Below, one piece after another: positions 8,696 through 16,347 of a DNA stretch of 20,318 nt. The DNA is from a virus. The notes beneath the pieces are model-generated. The model ran no database searches, was not told where the DNA came from, and was given only the letters and a program-made list of their open reading frames with translations. A program made the translations under genes and the position numbers. The stretch's first letter is position 1, and every line of letters starts with the position of its first letter. The DNA lies in the UHGV virus genome UHGV-0140021. The stretch is one strand, 5' to 3'.

Positions 8696-9724
8696 TTAAG
8701 CTTTCGCAATTACGCCGATCGCCAGCGCCCGATCCATAAAACGCAGTAGCAGCTCAAGCTGCGTACCATGCTTCTGCTCGAATGCTGGTACATCGGCGTG
8801 TAACTCGTCGTGGCACTCTCTGCACAGAGGGATCACGAAGAGGTCATGGGCTTTTGTTGCTGTACCACCCATACCGTGCCCTACGATATGGTGCGGATCA
8901 TCTGCTGGCCGTCGGCAACACTCACAGGGTTGTGTTTTAACCCAGCGGGTGTACGTCTCATTTACCCAGCGGCGTCGCTTTGGCCTGAGCATGAAAGACT
9001 CTGGCGACTCCGGATCAACAGAGAGCGTTAGGATCTTCTTCGCCTTCTCCTGCACGAGGCTGGTTGCAGACGCGGAAGGCACAATGTCGCTTTCCCTCAT
9101 GACCGAGCGGATCTTCTCATCCGGAAGGCGTAGCCCCTTGTGCGCAACGCTTTCCGGAATAACATCAGCCAGGTCGTTTCTAACCATCCACCAGCACAGT
9201 TCCGGAAGCGTCAGGATATGCGACTCGGGAAAACCAGAATCACGCCGAATGACTTCCAGAATCCAGGATACCAGGTTTCCGGCCGCTATACCTGCAAGCT
9301 GTTCGGTATGCTGCCCCGACAAAGTGTGATCGCAATGCCAGCACAGGCGAATGCTTCCTGGTGGGTGCCGCATTGTTGTGAAGTTCTTGTCGTGCCACGT
9401 TGAATGTGGCCACTGGCATACAAACCGATTACTCAACCATTGCTCAAGGGAAGAAATCCCACCGGCACGCTGAATAACCCTCTCATTCTCGAAGACCTGA
9501 CGCATTACCGGATCATCAGCCAGCGGCTGAATGGCTGCCGGAACAGCCCCGGTACTGAATGACGCCATTTCTTCTGGTTCAGGCTCGAGCAGAACGCGAC
9601 CACGCATGAAGAGGTGCATCAGTTCCGCACCGGGACGGAACAGCACAATCCCCATACGATGGGCGATCTCGGGGGTAAGCAGAGCTCTCACGCGACCTGC
9701 CCCCTGGCAATGTGTTCTGCCCAC
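8696..9724 (-). CDS. DUF968-family protein (YdfU-like) with C-terminal HNH-type zinc-finger motif
   Basis: 342-aa ORF with GTG start; C-terminus CECCRRPADDPHHIVGHG...LCRECHDELH is HNH-like. Start overlaps the antirepressor 3' end, so the true start may be further downstream. Confidence 0.55.
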   Translation of the reverse strand: MGRTHCQGAGRVRALLTPEIAHRMGIVLFRPGAELMHLFMRGRVLLEPEPEEMASFSTGAVPAAIQPLADDPVMRQVFENERVIQRAGGISSLEQWLSNRFVCQWPHSTWHDKNFTTMRHPPGSIRLCWHCDHTLSGQHTEQLAGIAAGNLVSWILEVIRRDSGFPESHILTLPELCWWMVRNDLADVIPESVAHKGLRLPDEKIRSVMRESDIVPSASATSLVQEKAKKILTLSVDPESPESFMLRPKRRRWVNETYTRWVKTQPCECCRRPADDPHHIVGHGMGGTATKAHDLFVIPLCRECHDELHADVPAFEQKHGTQLELLLRFMDRALAIGVIAKA

Positions 9725-10371
9725 AGTCCACCAATCCAGCGCACGCCTTTCGCCGTGAAACGTGCCTGGCTGAATGCATGATTTGAGGTTACGGATGTGC
9801 CGGTTTTCACTTCAAAACGGCCCGCATCAATATGCTGATGCCGTGGGGTCATCGTTCCGCCAAGGCGATACATGATGTCGTTCTCAAGGAGGAATAACCG
9901 CAGATCTGGCTCTTTGGCCTTAAGCAGTTTTGCCACCTGGCGGAATGACATTGACCCACTGGCTGTACAGTACCGATCAACAAACGCTACCTTCGGCGCC
10001 GCGGCAGCCAGTTCGTTAGTCAACTGCTGTTTTTGTTCTGCAAGGTCAGCTGCAAGACGTAGGGCTTCAGAGAATGATTGAGGAATCGTCTGCTGCTGTG
10101 CCTGCTCAAGCTCCTGCCAGCGATCAACCAGACGCGCGGTAAACTCCGGCGACAGCTGCGCGACAACGATATAACTGTCCCGCTTCCCTATCAGATAAAC
10201 CGATACCGACTGATTGAGGTGATTTTTAACTTCCCCCATTGGGGGGAGTTCAATAACACCGCGCTCTGCCAGGCGTTCAATGGACCGTTTAACATGGTCA
10301 TGTCGTGATTCCACCAGCTCAGCAATATCGCTGCTGGACATGGTTAATGCTGTTGTTGCTAATTGGCTCAT
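9688..10371 (-). CDS. Phage antirepressor (Rha-like N-terminal domain, KilAC/ANT C-terminal domain)
   Basis: N-terminus ...SSDIAELVESRHDHVKRSIERL resembles Rha-family regulators; C-terminus ...AFVDRYCTASGSMSFRQVAKLL resembles the ANT/KilAC domain. Start chosen at ATG 10371 (MSQLATT) with GGAGA SD. Confidence 0.65.
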   Translation of the reverse strand: MSQLATTALTMSSSDIAELVESRHDHVKRSIERLAERGVIELPPMGEVKNHLNQSVSVYLIGKRDSYIVVAQLSPEFTARLVDRWQELEQAQQQTIPQSFSEALRLAADLAEQKQQLTNELAAAAPKVAFVDRYCTASGSMSFRQVAKLLKAKEPDLRLFLLENDIMYRLGGTMTPRHQHIDAGRFEVKTGTSVTSNHAFSQARFTAKGVRWIGGLWAEHIARGQVA

Positions 10372-10384
10372 ACTTTTCTCCATA

Positions 10385-10771
10385 TCAGGCGGCTGCACCC
10401 GCCGGTTCATATCTGCTGATCGTTATCTCTACCCGACCTTTCGGCACTACGGGTCCCCATTCCACCAGCATGCGCTTAATCTGGCTGTCGTCTTCCCAGA
10501 CACCCGCATGCGTCAGCGCGTCAAACAGGGCTTTGTTGTAATTATCGATATCCCGGCGGCGCGCATCCGGCGGGTACAGAGTGATTTCTACCGCTGCCAG
10601 TTCAGTCGATGGCTTCGGGAGACGTCGTAATTGCTCAATGATCGCCACGCAGGCAGCGCTCTGGTATTTACGAGCATCAGCGCTAATGAGGTGACGACCG
10701 GCCAGCGGCCCCTTATTAGGGGCGCGCCAGTACGTGTTCACGCTCGGAGGGAACGGGAGCACAAGTTTCAT
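10385..10771 (-). CDS. rusA: Crossover junction endodeoxyribonuclease RusA (Holliday junction resolvase)
   Basis: MKLVLPFPPSVNTYW... with DARRRDIDN and LFDALTHAGVWEDD motifs closely matching E. coli RusA; ATG overlaps the C5-MTase stop (ATGA); GGAGG SD. Confidence 0.9.
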   Translation of the reverse strand: MKLVLPFPPSVNTYWRAPNKGPLAGRHLISADARKYQSAACVAIIEQLRRLPKPSTELAAVEITLYPPDARRRDIDNYNKALFDALTHAGVWEDDSQIKRMLVEWGPVVPKGRVEITISRYEPAGAAA

Positions 10772-12702
10772 GCCACCTCCTGCTGTTGCACTGCACACAG
10801 TTCCGGAAGATTTGCCTCCACCAGCGCCCTGGCGAATGGTGGTGGTACCGCATTACCGCAGCGGGCTACCTGCTTATCTTTTGCATAGCGATTTCCACGG
10901 TAGTCCTGATCAATAACGTAACCATCCGGGAAGCCCTGCGCTTTGTAGAGTTCATGCGGCTGCAACATGCGCATTCCGATATCAACGATCTGGTATTTAA
11001 CCCCATCGATCGTTACCAGCCATTCATCGTCACTTTCCCCGCAATACGTCTCGAGAAATGTGCGTACCTCACCCACGTGTTGGCCACCAGCAGTGATTGT
11101 TGGCATTGGCACATCAAGGCGTTGCCCGTCGCGGCATGTTCCACGCAGTTTCACCAGATGAGAGGCAACTACCGCATGATGGTCGACAGTGGTCACTGAA
11201 TGCGCGGGTTCATCCATACTGACACCAGGCCCCGTATAGTTACCGCCGTAGTGTTTCGCCAGGAACGCGCTCACCGTCGCAAATTTATTTCCGCCTGCAG
11301 TAACGGTCCCCAGCGGGTTATCCAGTCGCAGCACACGCGGTTCTTGCCCAGGTCGTTCGCCATAACCCATCTGAATCAGCGTAGGCGTTACCGGTTGAGA
11401 TTTACCGCCACCACCAGCGGTGATGGTTGCGCTCGGTTCGTCTGCACGGTGGCCGACGCTGGCCCCAAACTGGCGGGCTATCACTGGCGCAACCAGACAG
11501 GCTCGGGATTGCTTCAGAATGGTATGAGCAGGTTTATCCAGCGGGCGCGGTTTCGCCTGGTATTCACTACCACCATTACCCGCCAGGAATGGCGTCAGTG
11601 CAGCCTCAACAATCCCGAGTGCATGCCCGTTCCCGCCCGGGCGTTTTGACGTGCCAGCGGTTACCGTCGGAACAGGTTCGGTAAGGGGCTGCCCGGTTGC
11701 GCCAGTGCGGAATTTTGTCAGGTGTGGAACGGCTAACGCGTAGCCGAGTTTTTTAGTAATGGTCTGTAATGGCTCATTCAGTGACTGTCCGCGAAAAGCG
11801 TCATACGCATTTTTTGAGCTCGTGTGGTTGCACTTCACAATAAACGGCGACGCACTTTCGATAACAAAGCGCTGTATGCCGCGCGCGATCCGCTTCAGAG
11901 TGTTCTCCGCCAGCGGTTTTTTGCGGTCGAAGATGGACAGGGCCGGAATATTCCAGTCGATACATTCCGCAGCGGTACGCCATGGCATCAGCCTGCCACT
12001 TTGCACCTCCAGAGACTTAGGATCCCCATGGGTAATAGCAGGCCACTGGATTGGGCAACCATCGCAACGCATAACCATGAAGAAGCGTTTGCGGATCGTC
12101 GGCGCGCCGTAATCACACGCACGTAGTTCGCGATAATCAACATCATATCCCAGCCCATCCACCAGCTTTTGTGCCTGCTCGCTACCTCTTTCGATAGACA
12201 GAAACTCACAAACCTCAGCCAGTGCCGGGTGATCAGCAGGAATGCCAGTGGACAGCATGCCGACAAATGCATTGAATGTTTCGCCAGTGCGGGCAGGATC
12301 CGGACGCATTTCATCGGCCAGCAGCGGTCCCCACGTTTTGAACTCTTCCACGTTCTCCAGCATCATCACGCGCGGTCGCTTTGCCAGTGCCCAACGCAGA
12401 ACAATCCAGGCCAGACCGCGTATCTCTTTTTTCACAGGCTTTGCGCCTTTTGCCTTCGAGAAGTGTCGGCAGTCCGGGCTAAACCATGCCAGTCCGACAG
12501 GATGACCTCCGGTGGCGGCTACCGGATCCACGTCAAATACGGATTCACAATAATGCAGTGTGTCCGGGTGGTTCGTCTTGTGCATCGCAATGGCGTTTTC
12601 GTCGTGGTTTATCGCAATATCCACGCTGCGCCCGATCGCCAGTTCAATACCCGTTGATGCGCCACCGCCACCAGCAAAGTTATCAACGATAATCTCACGC
12701 AT
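10768..12702 (-). CDS. DNA (cytosine-5)-methyltransferase, unusually long (644 aa) with a repeated TRD-like region
   Basis: C5-MTase motifs: I DNFAGGGG, IV SPDCRHFS (catalytic PC), VI ENV, VIII TIRKRFF, IX ELYKAQGFPDGY, X CGNAVPPP. A ~330-aa variable region holds six repeats of [DN]-x-P-x-x-T-[IV]-T(-A-G-G). Confidence 0.9.
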   Translation of the reverse strand: MREIIVDNFAGGGGASTGIELAIGRSVDIAINHDENAIAMHKTNHPDTLHYCESVFDVDPVAATGGHPVGLAWFSPDCRHFSKAKGAKPVKKEIRGLAWIVLRWALAKRPRVMMLENVEEFKTWGPLLADEMRPDPARTGETFNAFVGMLSTGIPADHPALAEVCEFLSIERGSEQAQKLVDGLGYDVDYRELRACDYGAPTIRKRFFMVMRCDGCPIQWPAITHGDPKSLEVQSGRLMPWRTAAECIDWNIPALSIFDRKKPLAENTLKRIARGIQRFVIESASPFIVKCNHTSSKNAYDAFRGQSLNEPLQTITKKLGYALAVPHLTKFRTGATGQPLTEPVPTVTAGTSKRPGGNGHALGIVEAALTPFLAGNGGSEYQAKPRPLDKPAHTILKQSRACLVAPVIARQFGASVGHRADEPSATITAGGGGKSQPVTPTLIQMGYGERPGQEPRVLRLDNPLGTVTAGGNKFATVSAFLAKHYGGNYTGPGVSMDEPAHSVTTVDHHAVVASHLVKLRGTCRDGQRLDVPMPTITAGGQHVGEVRTFLETYCGESDDEWLVTIDGVKYQIVDIGMRMLQPHELYKAQGFPDGYVIDQDYRGNRYAKDKQVARCGNAVPPPFARALVEANLPELCAVQQQEVA

Positions 12703-13576
12703 GGGTTACCCCCTGCATGCTGCCAACAAGACCACGCGCAATTGTAATAATTTCGCTGGTGGCCGTTCGTTCCAGCCAGAGTTGATTGATGTTGGCTTTC
12801 AGCTTGTTCTGCTGAGCCTCACTCAATACGTCAACGCCTTCCACCTGGTTAAACACCAGACCAACCTCTAGAGGCCAGATACGTGACTCAGTTTCCGATG
12901 GTATTACTGGTTCCTGGGCTGTCCGCACTGCAATTGTTTGCTCTTTACCAACAGCGAATTGAGCCAGCGCCATAAATTCCCGACCTTTTGCCTCCAGTTC
13001 TGTGCGGTTGATATAGCTGAACCGCTCACCACGCCACGACTTATCGAATACAGCTATGGCACCGGCAAAAAACGCGCTGGTGGGTTTCTGTTTTTCGTCA
13101 GCAGGTACAAACCACACAGGCAGATCGAACCCAATGCGCCCGCGAATGAATACAATGTGATCGGCATCTTCCGGCCACCACGTTTCACTCGGCGCGGCTT
13201 TTATCAGGAATACATAGCGACCGCCCTTCTCGCGCTGGGCTGCTGCGTATTTCATGATGTGCGTCATACCAGTGATCGCCTGTTTCTCGTGGTACTGCGA
13301 ACGGCTATACGGTGGGTTGCCATAGCCAGCGCCACCCAGTTCTGCCAGACGTTCAGACCAGTCCTGCGTCAGCGCGTTATCTTCGGCGGTGTACCATGCC
13401 GGGCATTTCGCGTTGTCGGCGTCAGCAAACAAGTCCAGAACTAATGGACCAAATAGCGCGTTGATCCCCCAAAAAAGCAGATCCGGTGTTCGCCACTGAT
13501 CGCCAACTTCTTTCAATTCGTGGGCTGGTTGGCTACGTAGTTCCGCCAGCGACTGGCAATATTTGTTTAACGTCAT
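12695..13576 (-). CDS. Phage N6-adenine DNA methyltransferase (Dam-like family) with ~110-aa C-terminal extension
   Basis: QWRTP...DLFADADNAKCPAWYT...GNPPYS motifs typical of phage Dam-family N6-adenine MTases; start overlaps the upstream ORF stop and its stop overlaps the C5-MTase start. Confidence 0.8.
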   Translation of the reverse strand: MTLNKYCQSLAELRSQPAHELKEVGDQWRTPDLLFWGINALFGPLVLDLFADADNAKCPAWYTAEDNALTQDWSERLAELGGAGYGNPPYSRSQYHEKQAITGMTHIMKYAAAQREKGGRYVFLIKAAPSETWWPEDADHIVFIRGRIGFDLPVWFVPADEKQKPTSAFFAGAIAVFDKSWRGERFSYINRTELEAKGREFMALAQFAVGKEQTIAVRTAQEPVIPSETESRIWPLEVGLVFNQVEGVDVLSEAQQNKLKANINQLWLERTATSEIITIARGLVGSMQGVTHA

Positions 13577-13935
13577 CCTCTGAACCCCTCTGGAATCGTT
13601 GTATCAACCGGACCAAAAGCCATCACATCGCGCTTTTTCGCACCCCAGTCAGCGCGTTTAGGCCGTCCCTTCTGCTCCCAGCGGGTAGCGCTTTGCAGAT
13701 AGCTCTCGAATTTCTTCGGGCCGAACAGCGTTTCCGGGCGCATGTACTGGTACTGCTCGTCGTTCTCGTGCCAGTGCTCATGCTTCAGGTCGATAACCAG
13801 TTGCAGGTCTGCAACGCTGTATCCCTCACGCAGTCGGGCACGGATGTTCTCCAGGGATGTTTTTGATTTCTGATACCGGGATCCGCTGATCTTGTTCAAA
13901 TGGGTCAGAACCAAAATTGCCTGATCAGTAATCAC
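13573..13935 (-). CDS. C-terminal portion of an O-like replication protein (conserved phage C-terminus, RPETLF...KFE.YL motif); possibly a fragment of a disrupted gene
   Basis: 120-aa ORF from a GTG with no recognisable SD; its frame is open upstream to 14016 and so almost abuts the stop of the O-like N-terminal ORF (14007). Confidence 0.5.
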   Translation of the reverse strand: MITDQAILVLTHLNKISGSRYQKSKTSLENIRARLREGYSVADLQLVIDLKHEHWHENDEQYQYMRPETLFGPKKFESYLQSATRWEQKGRPKRADWGAKKRDVMAFGPVDTTIPEGFRG

Positions 13936-14006
13936 GACTTCAGGGTCTGGTTGCGCCGCAACCGGACAAGAGGGTTTTGAAGTTACTTGTGGATCTTGTT
14001 TTGATT

Positions 14007-14408
14007 TTACTGACGGTCAAAACCGCCGTTTTTGACGGATTTCGACGGGTCAGTTTTTGAGGCGTCAAATTTTGATGCGTCAGATTTTGACGTGTCAGAA
14101 TCTGACAGTTGAGAAAATGCGGCAGCCTGAAGTTTCGCCACATTCAGGCGGTACACGTTCGAAGCATTACGGTTACCATTACGGCGCTGTGTACGCGTGA
14201 GCCAGCCATCTTTTTCAAGCTTAGCGATTGCCGTTCTGATAGTGCTCGGCCCTGCGCCAAGCTGGCGAGCAATAGTTTCAATGGACGGCCAGCACACGCC
14301 CTCATCGCTGCTGAAATCAGCGAGGCGGGCCATGATCGCGACACTAGACAACTTCATGCCCGACGCCGCGCAACCATCCCATACGTAGCCGGTTAATTTA
14401 GTGCTCAT
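14007..14408 (-). CDS. Replication initiator O-like protein, N-terminal HTH DNA-binding part; 3' end encodes the ori iterons
   Basis: N-terminus MSTKLTGYVWDG...CWPSIETIARQLGAGPSTIRTAIAKLEKDGWL is a typical replication-initiator winged-helix; C-terminal repetitive peptide (SDSDTSKSDASKFDASKTDPSK) is coded by the 15-bp iterons; SD GGGAGA upstream. Confidence 0.65.
   Translation of the reverse strand: MSTKLTGYVWDGCAASGMKLSSVAIMARLADFSSDEGVCWPSIETIARQLGAGPSTIRTAIAKLEKDGWLTRTQRRNGNRNASNVYRLNVAKLQAAAFSQLSDSDTSKSDASKFDASKTDPSKSVKNGGFDRQ
14025..14114. repeat. Replication origin iterons (about five 15-bp direct repeats, TTTTGAnGCGTCAnn) embedded in the O-like gene, with an adjacent AT-rich stretch (13975-14010)
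   Basis: TTTTGA-type hexamers recur at 14030, 14040, 14055, 14070, 14085 and 14100 (15-bp period for the last five); each unit carries TGAnnnnTCA inverted symmetry. Same layout as ori-lambda inside gene O. Confidence 0.65.
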
Positions 14409-14417
14409 GATCGTCCG

Positions 14418-14744
14418 TTATCTCCCTGAACTTTTGCCTGAAATGCTCAAGTGGGCTGAAGCATTCGTGCGGGTAGCCATCACGCAGATAGATAACGCGC
14501 TGTGTTTCTGGCTCCCAGCGGATAACACGGACTGGCACTCCACGGTGATCTTTGAACCTTCGGTTAAGTTCGCGCACAGGCGTTTCGCCCTCCGGTTGTA
14601 GACCCCCACAATTGAAACCGCCCTACTGTGGTTACACGGAACCAAGCGGTTTGATAATCTGCGTTCATACCGAAACAACGGAGTACCCGAAACCGGGATC
14701 ATCCTGAGTTGCGGTAGACGGTTAAAAGCCGTTAAACTGCTCAT
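14418..14744 (-). CDS. Hypothetical basic protein (108 aa); uncertain gene
   Basis: ATG 6 nt after the CII-like stop with GGAG SD; its stop lies 9 nt before the O-like ATG. Weakened by many rare codons (AGG, AGA, CGG, CTA) and a competing plus-strand ORF (14401..14601). Confidence 0.25.
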   Translation of the reverse strand: MSSLTAFNRLPQLRMIPVSGTPLFRYERRLSNRLVPCNHSRAVSIVGVYNRRAKRLCANLTEGSKITVECQSVLSAGSQKHSALSICVMATRTNASAHLSISGKSSGR

Positions 14745-14749
14745 GCGGA

Positions 14750-15301
14750 TTATTTCTCCATACTCGAAGAGTTGTTCGCCAAGGCGCCCGGAGCTGCACA
14801 CTCGCGGGCGTCACTCTTTTCAGCGACACAAAAAACTCGATAAAGAAGCGCTACGTGCTCCTGGAACTTCGCAATAACCTGATAGCTGTTTTCCTCAATC
14901 TGAGCGCGCTCATCTGCGTCAATCACCCCATCAGCCGTGGCTTTACGTACAAAATTAGAATGACGGCCTATCCATTCGATGGACTCCATCAGGCGCTGGT
15001 TGATATCGGCGTTATCCAGATCATCAACATCTGCCAGCGGTACAAATACGCCCTGAGAATGGCGCGCAACGGCATCAGCGATATGAGTTGAACCACCAGC
15101 ACGTTGTAAAACCATTGCCCAGCCCAGCGGGAAGATCTGATCGCCGTCAACACGAAGGCGGTTAAACAATGCGTTCTCTGTCACGCCCAACCATTCCGCC
15201 GCCTCGGCATAACCACCAGGTAGATCGGTGATCGTTTTTTTTATCGCCGCCACCAGCCAGGCTGGCTGACGTTCGACTTTCCAAATAGGTTCGTTACCCA
15301 C
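14750..15301 (-). CDS. CII-like / YdaT-like transcriptional regulator (HTH)
   Basis: Position immediately downstream of cro; HTH-like segment DLPGGYAEAAEWLGVTENALFNRLR. Start trimmed to GTG 15301 (AAGGGG SD) because the longer ORF overlaps cro; start remains uncertain. Confidence 0.45.
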   Translation of the reverse strand: MGNEPIWKVERQPAWLVAAIKKTITDLPGGYAEAAEWLGVTENALFNRLRVDGDQIFPLGWAMVLQRAGGSTHIADAVARHSQGVFVPLADVDDLDNADINQRLMESIEWIGRHSNFVRKATADGVIDADERAQIEENSYQVIAKFQEHVALLYRVFCVAEKSDARECAAPGALANNSSSMEK

Positions 15302-15344
15302 GGTTAACCCCTTAATTCTGTGGTTATAAAAATCAGCTCGTCTG

Positions 15345-15545
15345 CTACTGTTTAGGGTAAATGTCAGGACGAAGATCAGATTTGCTGATAATCCCAGCAG
15401 TTGTTTCCTCCAGCTTTTTAGCCAAGGAAAAACCTGCCTTTTTGTAGCCATTGAAAACTAAACGCAGGTAGCCAGGCGTGGAACCTACGCTTCCAGCTAA
15501 TTCGCCTTGCTGCTCTTTAGTTAAAGAGTCCCAATACTCTTTCAT
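15345..15545 (-). CDS. Cro-like repressor (66 aa)
   Basis: Small ORF divergent from cI, ATG at 15545 with AGGAGG SD, start overlapped by a 17-bp operator. Assignment is mainly positional. Confidence 0.6.
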   Translation of the reverse strand: MKEYWDSLTKEQQGELAGSVGSTPGYLRLVFNGYKKAGFSLAKKLEETTAGIISKSDLRPDIYPKQ

Positions 15546-15633
15546 AATATGTACCTCCTGTGTACATATTACACGAAAGAAATGAACCCACAAGGTACTT
15601 GTACCATAGAGGTACACATTGTTTAATTTGCTG
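15546..15633. promoter_or_regulatory. Immunity control region (oR-like): divergent promoters and 17-bp operators TGTACC-N5-(G/T)GTACA
   Basis: Operators at 15550-15566 (TGTACCTCCTGTGTACA) and 15600-15616 (TGTACCATAGAGGTACA), extra GTAC half-site at 15595. Candidate -10 TAATAT for cro on the minus strand and TTTAAT (15622-15627) just upstream of the cI ATG. Confidence 0.6.
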
Positions 15634-16308
15634 ATGAAAACTATCCAGGAAATCAGGCGATTAAACGCCCGAAAATTGAGAGATGGTGTTGGGGGTAATA
15701 GCTACTTCGCTAACATGATCGATCGTGAACCTACACAAACCAGCCGGTTTATGGGTGAAGGTGCCACCAAAGGTATTGGTGACGCTATGGCAAGGCATAT
15801 CGAAAAATGTTTTGACTTGCCTCAAGGTTGGCTAGATACCGAACATCAAACTACCAACATTGCTAAATCACCCGACGTTTCAGACGTTAAAAGATCAATT
15901 ACGATGGTCCCGGTTATATCCTGGGTGCAAGCCGGAGCATGGACGGATGCTGGTTATGCAGAGGTAGATTTGAGTAGTGTAGAAACATATCCTTGTCCCG
16001 TTCCGTGCGGGCCAATGACTTATATCTTACGCGTCATTGGTGATTCAATGATCGATGAGTATCGTCCTGGCGATATGATTTTTGTAGATCCAGAGGTTGC
16101 AGCTTCTCATGGCGATGATGTTATTGCTTTAATGCATGATTCTGGCGAAACGACGTTTAAACGATTAATAGAAGATAGTGGCGAAAAGTTTCTTAAAGCT
16201 TTAAACGCCAACTGGCCAGAGCCATATATTAGGATCAATGGTAATTGCTCGATTATTGGCACCGTTGTTTTCTCAGGAAAACCACGACGGCACAGGCATA
16301 AGCCTTAA
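15634..16308 (+). CDS. cI-type prophage repressor with LexA-like S24 peptidase domain
   Basis: C-terminal domain has the GDSM serine motif and downstream lysine (TFKRL); divergent from cro across the operator region. ATG 15634 chosen (ORF track starts at TTG 15619); no SD, consistent with a leaderless or short-leader transcript. Confidence 0.85.
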   Translation: MKTIQEIRRLNARKLRDGVGGNSYFANMIDREPTQTSRFMGEGATKGIGDAMARHIEKCFDLPQGWLDTEHQTTNIAKSPDVSDVKRSITMVPVISWVQAGAWTDAGYAEVDLSSVETYPCPVPCGPMTYILRVIGDSMIDEYRPGDMIFVDPEVAASHGDDVIALMHDSGETTFKRLIEDSGEKFLKALNANWPEPYIRINGNCSIIGTVVFSGKPRRHRHKP

Positions 16309-16317
16309 CCCATCATC

Positions 16318-16345
16318 ACAAACCTGCTTCGGCAGGTTTTTTTAT
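16318..16345 (+). terminator. Rho-independent terminator of cI
   Basis: AAACCTGC-TTCG-GCAGGTTT followed by TTTTTTT, immediately after the cI stop. Confidence 0.85.
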
Positions 16346-16347
16346 CC

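Noticed and set aside
10786-12871. Many plus-strand ORFs and an alternative minus frame (11988..12314) overlapping the C5-MTase gene
   Set aside because: The MTase frame carries the full ordered set of C5-MTase motifs; the others are shadow frames of a GC-rich gene.
13935-14016. Programmed -1 ribosomal frameshift joining the two O-like ORFs
   Set aside because: The only overlap window (14010-14016) has no slippery heptamer and no downstream pseudoknot-like structure; an indel or genuine split is more parsimonious.
13940-14143. Minus-strand 67-aa ORF with a repetitive peptide (LTRQNLTHQNLTPQKLTRRN)
   Set aside because: Alternative-frame read-through of the 15-bp ori iterons; periodicity is DNA-level, and the HTH-containing frame is the supported coding frame.
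14109-14396. Plus-strand ORFs (14109..14396, 14197..14388) and minus 14144..14344 inside the O-like N-terminal gene
   Set aside because: Overlap a CDS with a recognisable replication-initiator HTH; no start signals.
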